Virus record (IMG/VR): IMGVR_UViG_2563366846_000009 | Source of the DNA: a virus | Lineage: Duplodnaviria; Heunggongvirae; Uroviricota; Caudoviricetes | Length of the DNA: 25,833 nucleotides | Strand: one strand, 5' to 3' | In this document: positions 24,838 through 25,833 of the stretch, in pieces | Layout of the letters: each line of letters begins with the position of its first letter | Position numbering within the stretch: the stretch's first letter is position 1 | Made by a program: the position numbers and the translations under genes | Notes under the pieces: model-generated | What the model was told of the DNA's origin: nothing | Seen by the model: the letters and a program-made list of their open reading frames with translations, nothing else | The model's database searches: none

Positions 24838-25833
24838 ATGTCGATTAAGAAGCTCGCTAATGGCAAATTTTGTGTGGACGTGCGGCCTGCTGGATCAGAA
24901 GGAAAGAGATTCAGGCGGCGATTTGATACTCGTGGTGAGGCTGTTTTGTATGAGCGTCATGTATTGCAGCATTACCACGACAAAGACTGGGTTGATAAGC
25001 CAACAGAACGGCGGTCGCTAAGGGAGCTGCTGGATTGTTGGTGGTTGTATCATGGTAAAAATCATCCTTACGGTGCGATGGAGCGAGTGCGTATTGCTGC
25101 GGTCATTAGTGATCTTGAAAGTATTAATGTTACACGCAGTGATCAACTTACTCGTAAAAACATAATTAATTATCGGTTATTGTTGCTTAACCGCGGAATA
25201 AAACAATCCACGGTTAATCGTTATTGCGCAATGATGAGTGGTTTTTTCACAAAACTAATTGACGCAGAGGAATATTCAGGGGCTAATCCGTTTCATGATG
25301 TAAAAAAACTTAATATCAAACAGCCTGAAATGGCTTATTTGTATCATGAAGATATTCCACGATTACTGGAGTTGTTATCTGGTGATGAATTAAAAGCCGT
25401 CTTGTTGTGTCTGGCAACAGGTGGAAGATGGAGTGAAGTTGCAAATATCAAGGGGGAGCATGTTATTAGCGGCAAAGTCATTTTTATGGAAACAAAAAAT
25501 GGGAAGCGTCGCGTTATACCTATATCGTCAGAACTGGAGTGCATGATTAAGACTAAGGCTACTGGTCGTTTAATTTATCCGAGTTATGCTGCTGTCAGAA
25601 CGGCTATCAGAAAGGTGAGGCCCGATCTTCCTGAAGGGCAGTCGATACATGTTTTACGGCATACCTTTGCCACTCACTTCATGATTAATGGCGGGAATAT
25701 CATCACTTTGCAGAGAATACTTGGGCATAGCACTATTCAGCAGACGATGACTTATGCCCATTTTGCACCGGATTATCTGCAGGATGCTGTGCGCTTTAAT
25801 CCTGTGGCTGAGTTGTCCAGATATTGCCCATAA
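24838..25833 (+). CDS. int: Tyrosine integrase (P2 Int-like)
   Basis: Start at MSIKKLANGKF with GGAGG upstream. Near-identical to P2 Int over LRHTFATHFMINGGNIITLQRILGHSTIQQTMTYAHFAPDYLQDA. The stop codon is the last three bases of the window. Confidence 0.9.
   Translation: MSIKKLANGKFCVDVRPAGSEGKRFRRRFDTRGEAVLYERHVLQHYHDKDWVDKPTERRSLRELLDCWWLYHGKNHPYGAMERVRIAAVISDLESINVTRSDQLTRKNIINYRLLLLNRGIKQSTVNRYCAMMSGFFTKLIDAEEYSGANPFHDVKKLNIKQPEMAYLYHEDIPRLLELLSGDELKAVLLCLATGGRWSEVANIKGEHVISGKVIFMETKNGKRRVIPISSELECMIKTKATGRLIYPSYAAVRTAIRKVRPDLPEGQSIHVLRHTFATHFMINGGNIITLQRILGHSTIQQTMTYAHFAPDYLQDAVRFNPVAELSRYCP

Larger units (their letters stand above)
1..25833. mobile_element. P2-like temperate phage genome (prophage), reversed relative to the conventional P2 map; left part of tail fibre gene and attachment site lie outside the window
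   Basis: Collinear P2 gene order recognised from the translations: H I J W V S R lysis X L M N O on the minus strand, P Q on the plus strand, then A, cox, C and int. Low-GC cargo sits at the position of the P2 tin/old locus. Confidence 0.9.

Overview
The window is a nearly complete P2-like (P2/186 family) temperate phage genome, almost certainly a prophage, lying reversed relative to the usual P2 map. All calls below come from reading the supplied translations and sequence by eye; no searches were run. Minus-strand late genes run from a partial tail fibre H (truncated at position 1) through I, J, W, V, S, R, the lysis cassette (overlapping spanins lysC/lysB, endolysin K, holin Y), X, L, M, N and O. 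The terminase ATPase P and portal Q diverge on the plus strand (9756..12553). Between Q and the replication initiator A (17019..19841) sits a roughly 4.5 kb low-GC cargo island in the position of the P2 tin/old variable locus. It carries an orphan 174-aa gene, a small protein with an unmistakable ClpX-type C4 zinc-binding domain coupled to a 135-aa partner, a coupled 213-aa/109-aa pair, and a ParM/ParR actin-like partition cassette. It also contains a duplicated about 150-bp module that creates a small chimeric ORF ending in a ParR-like C-terminal tail. Right of A are small early-operon genes, a plus-strand insert encoding a 28-aa peptide and a two-transmembrane protein, a Cox-like gene, the C repressor and a complete integrase that stops at the window edge. 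No tRNA, rRNA or CRISPR array was seen, and the P2 cos sequence could not be located by eye.
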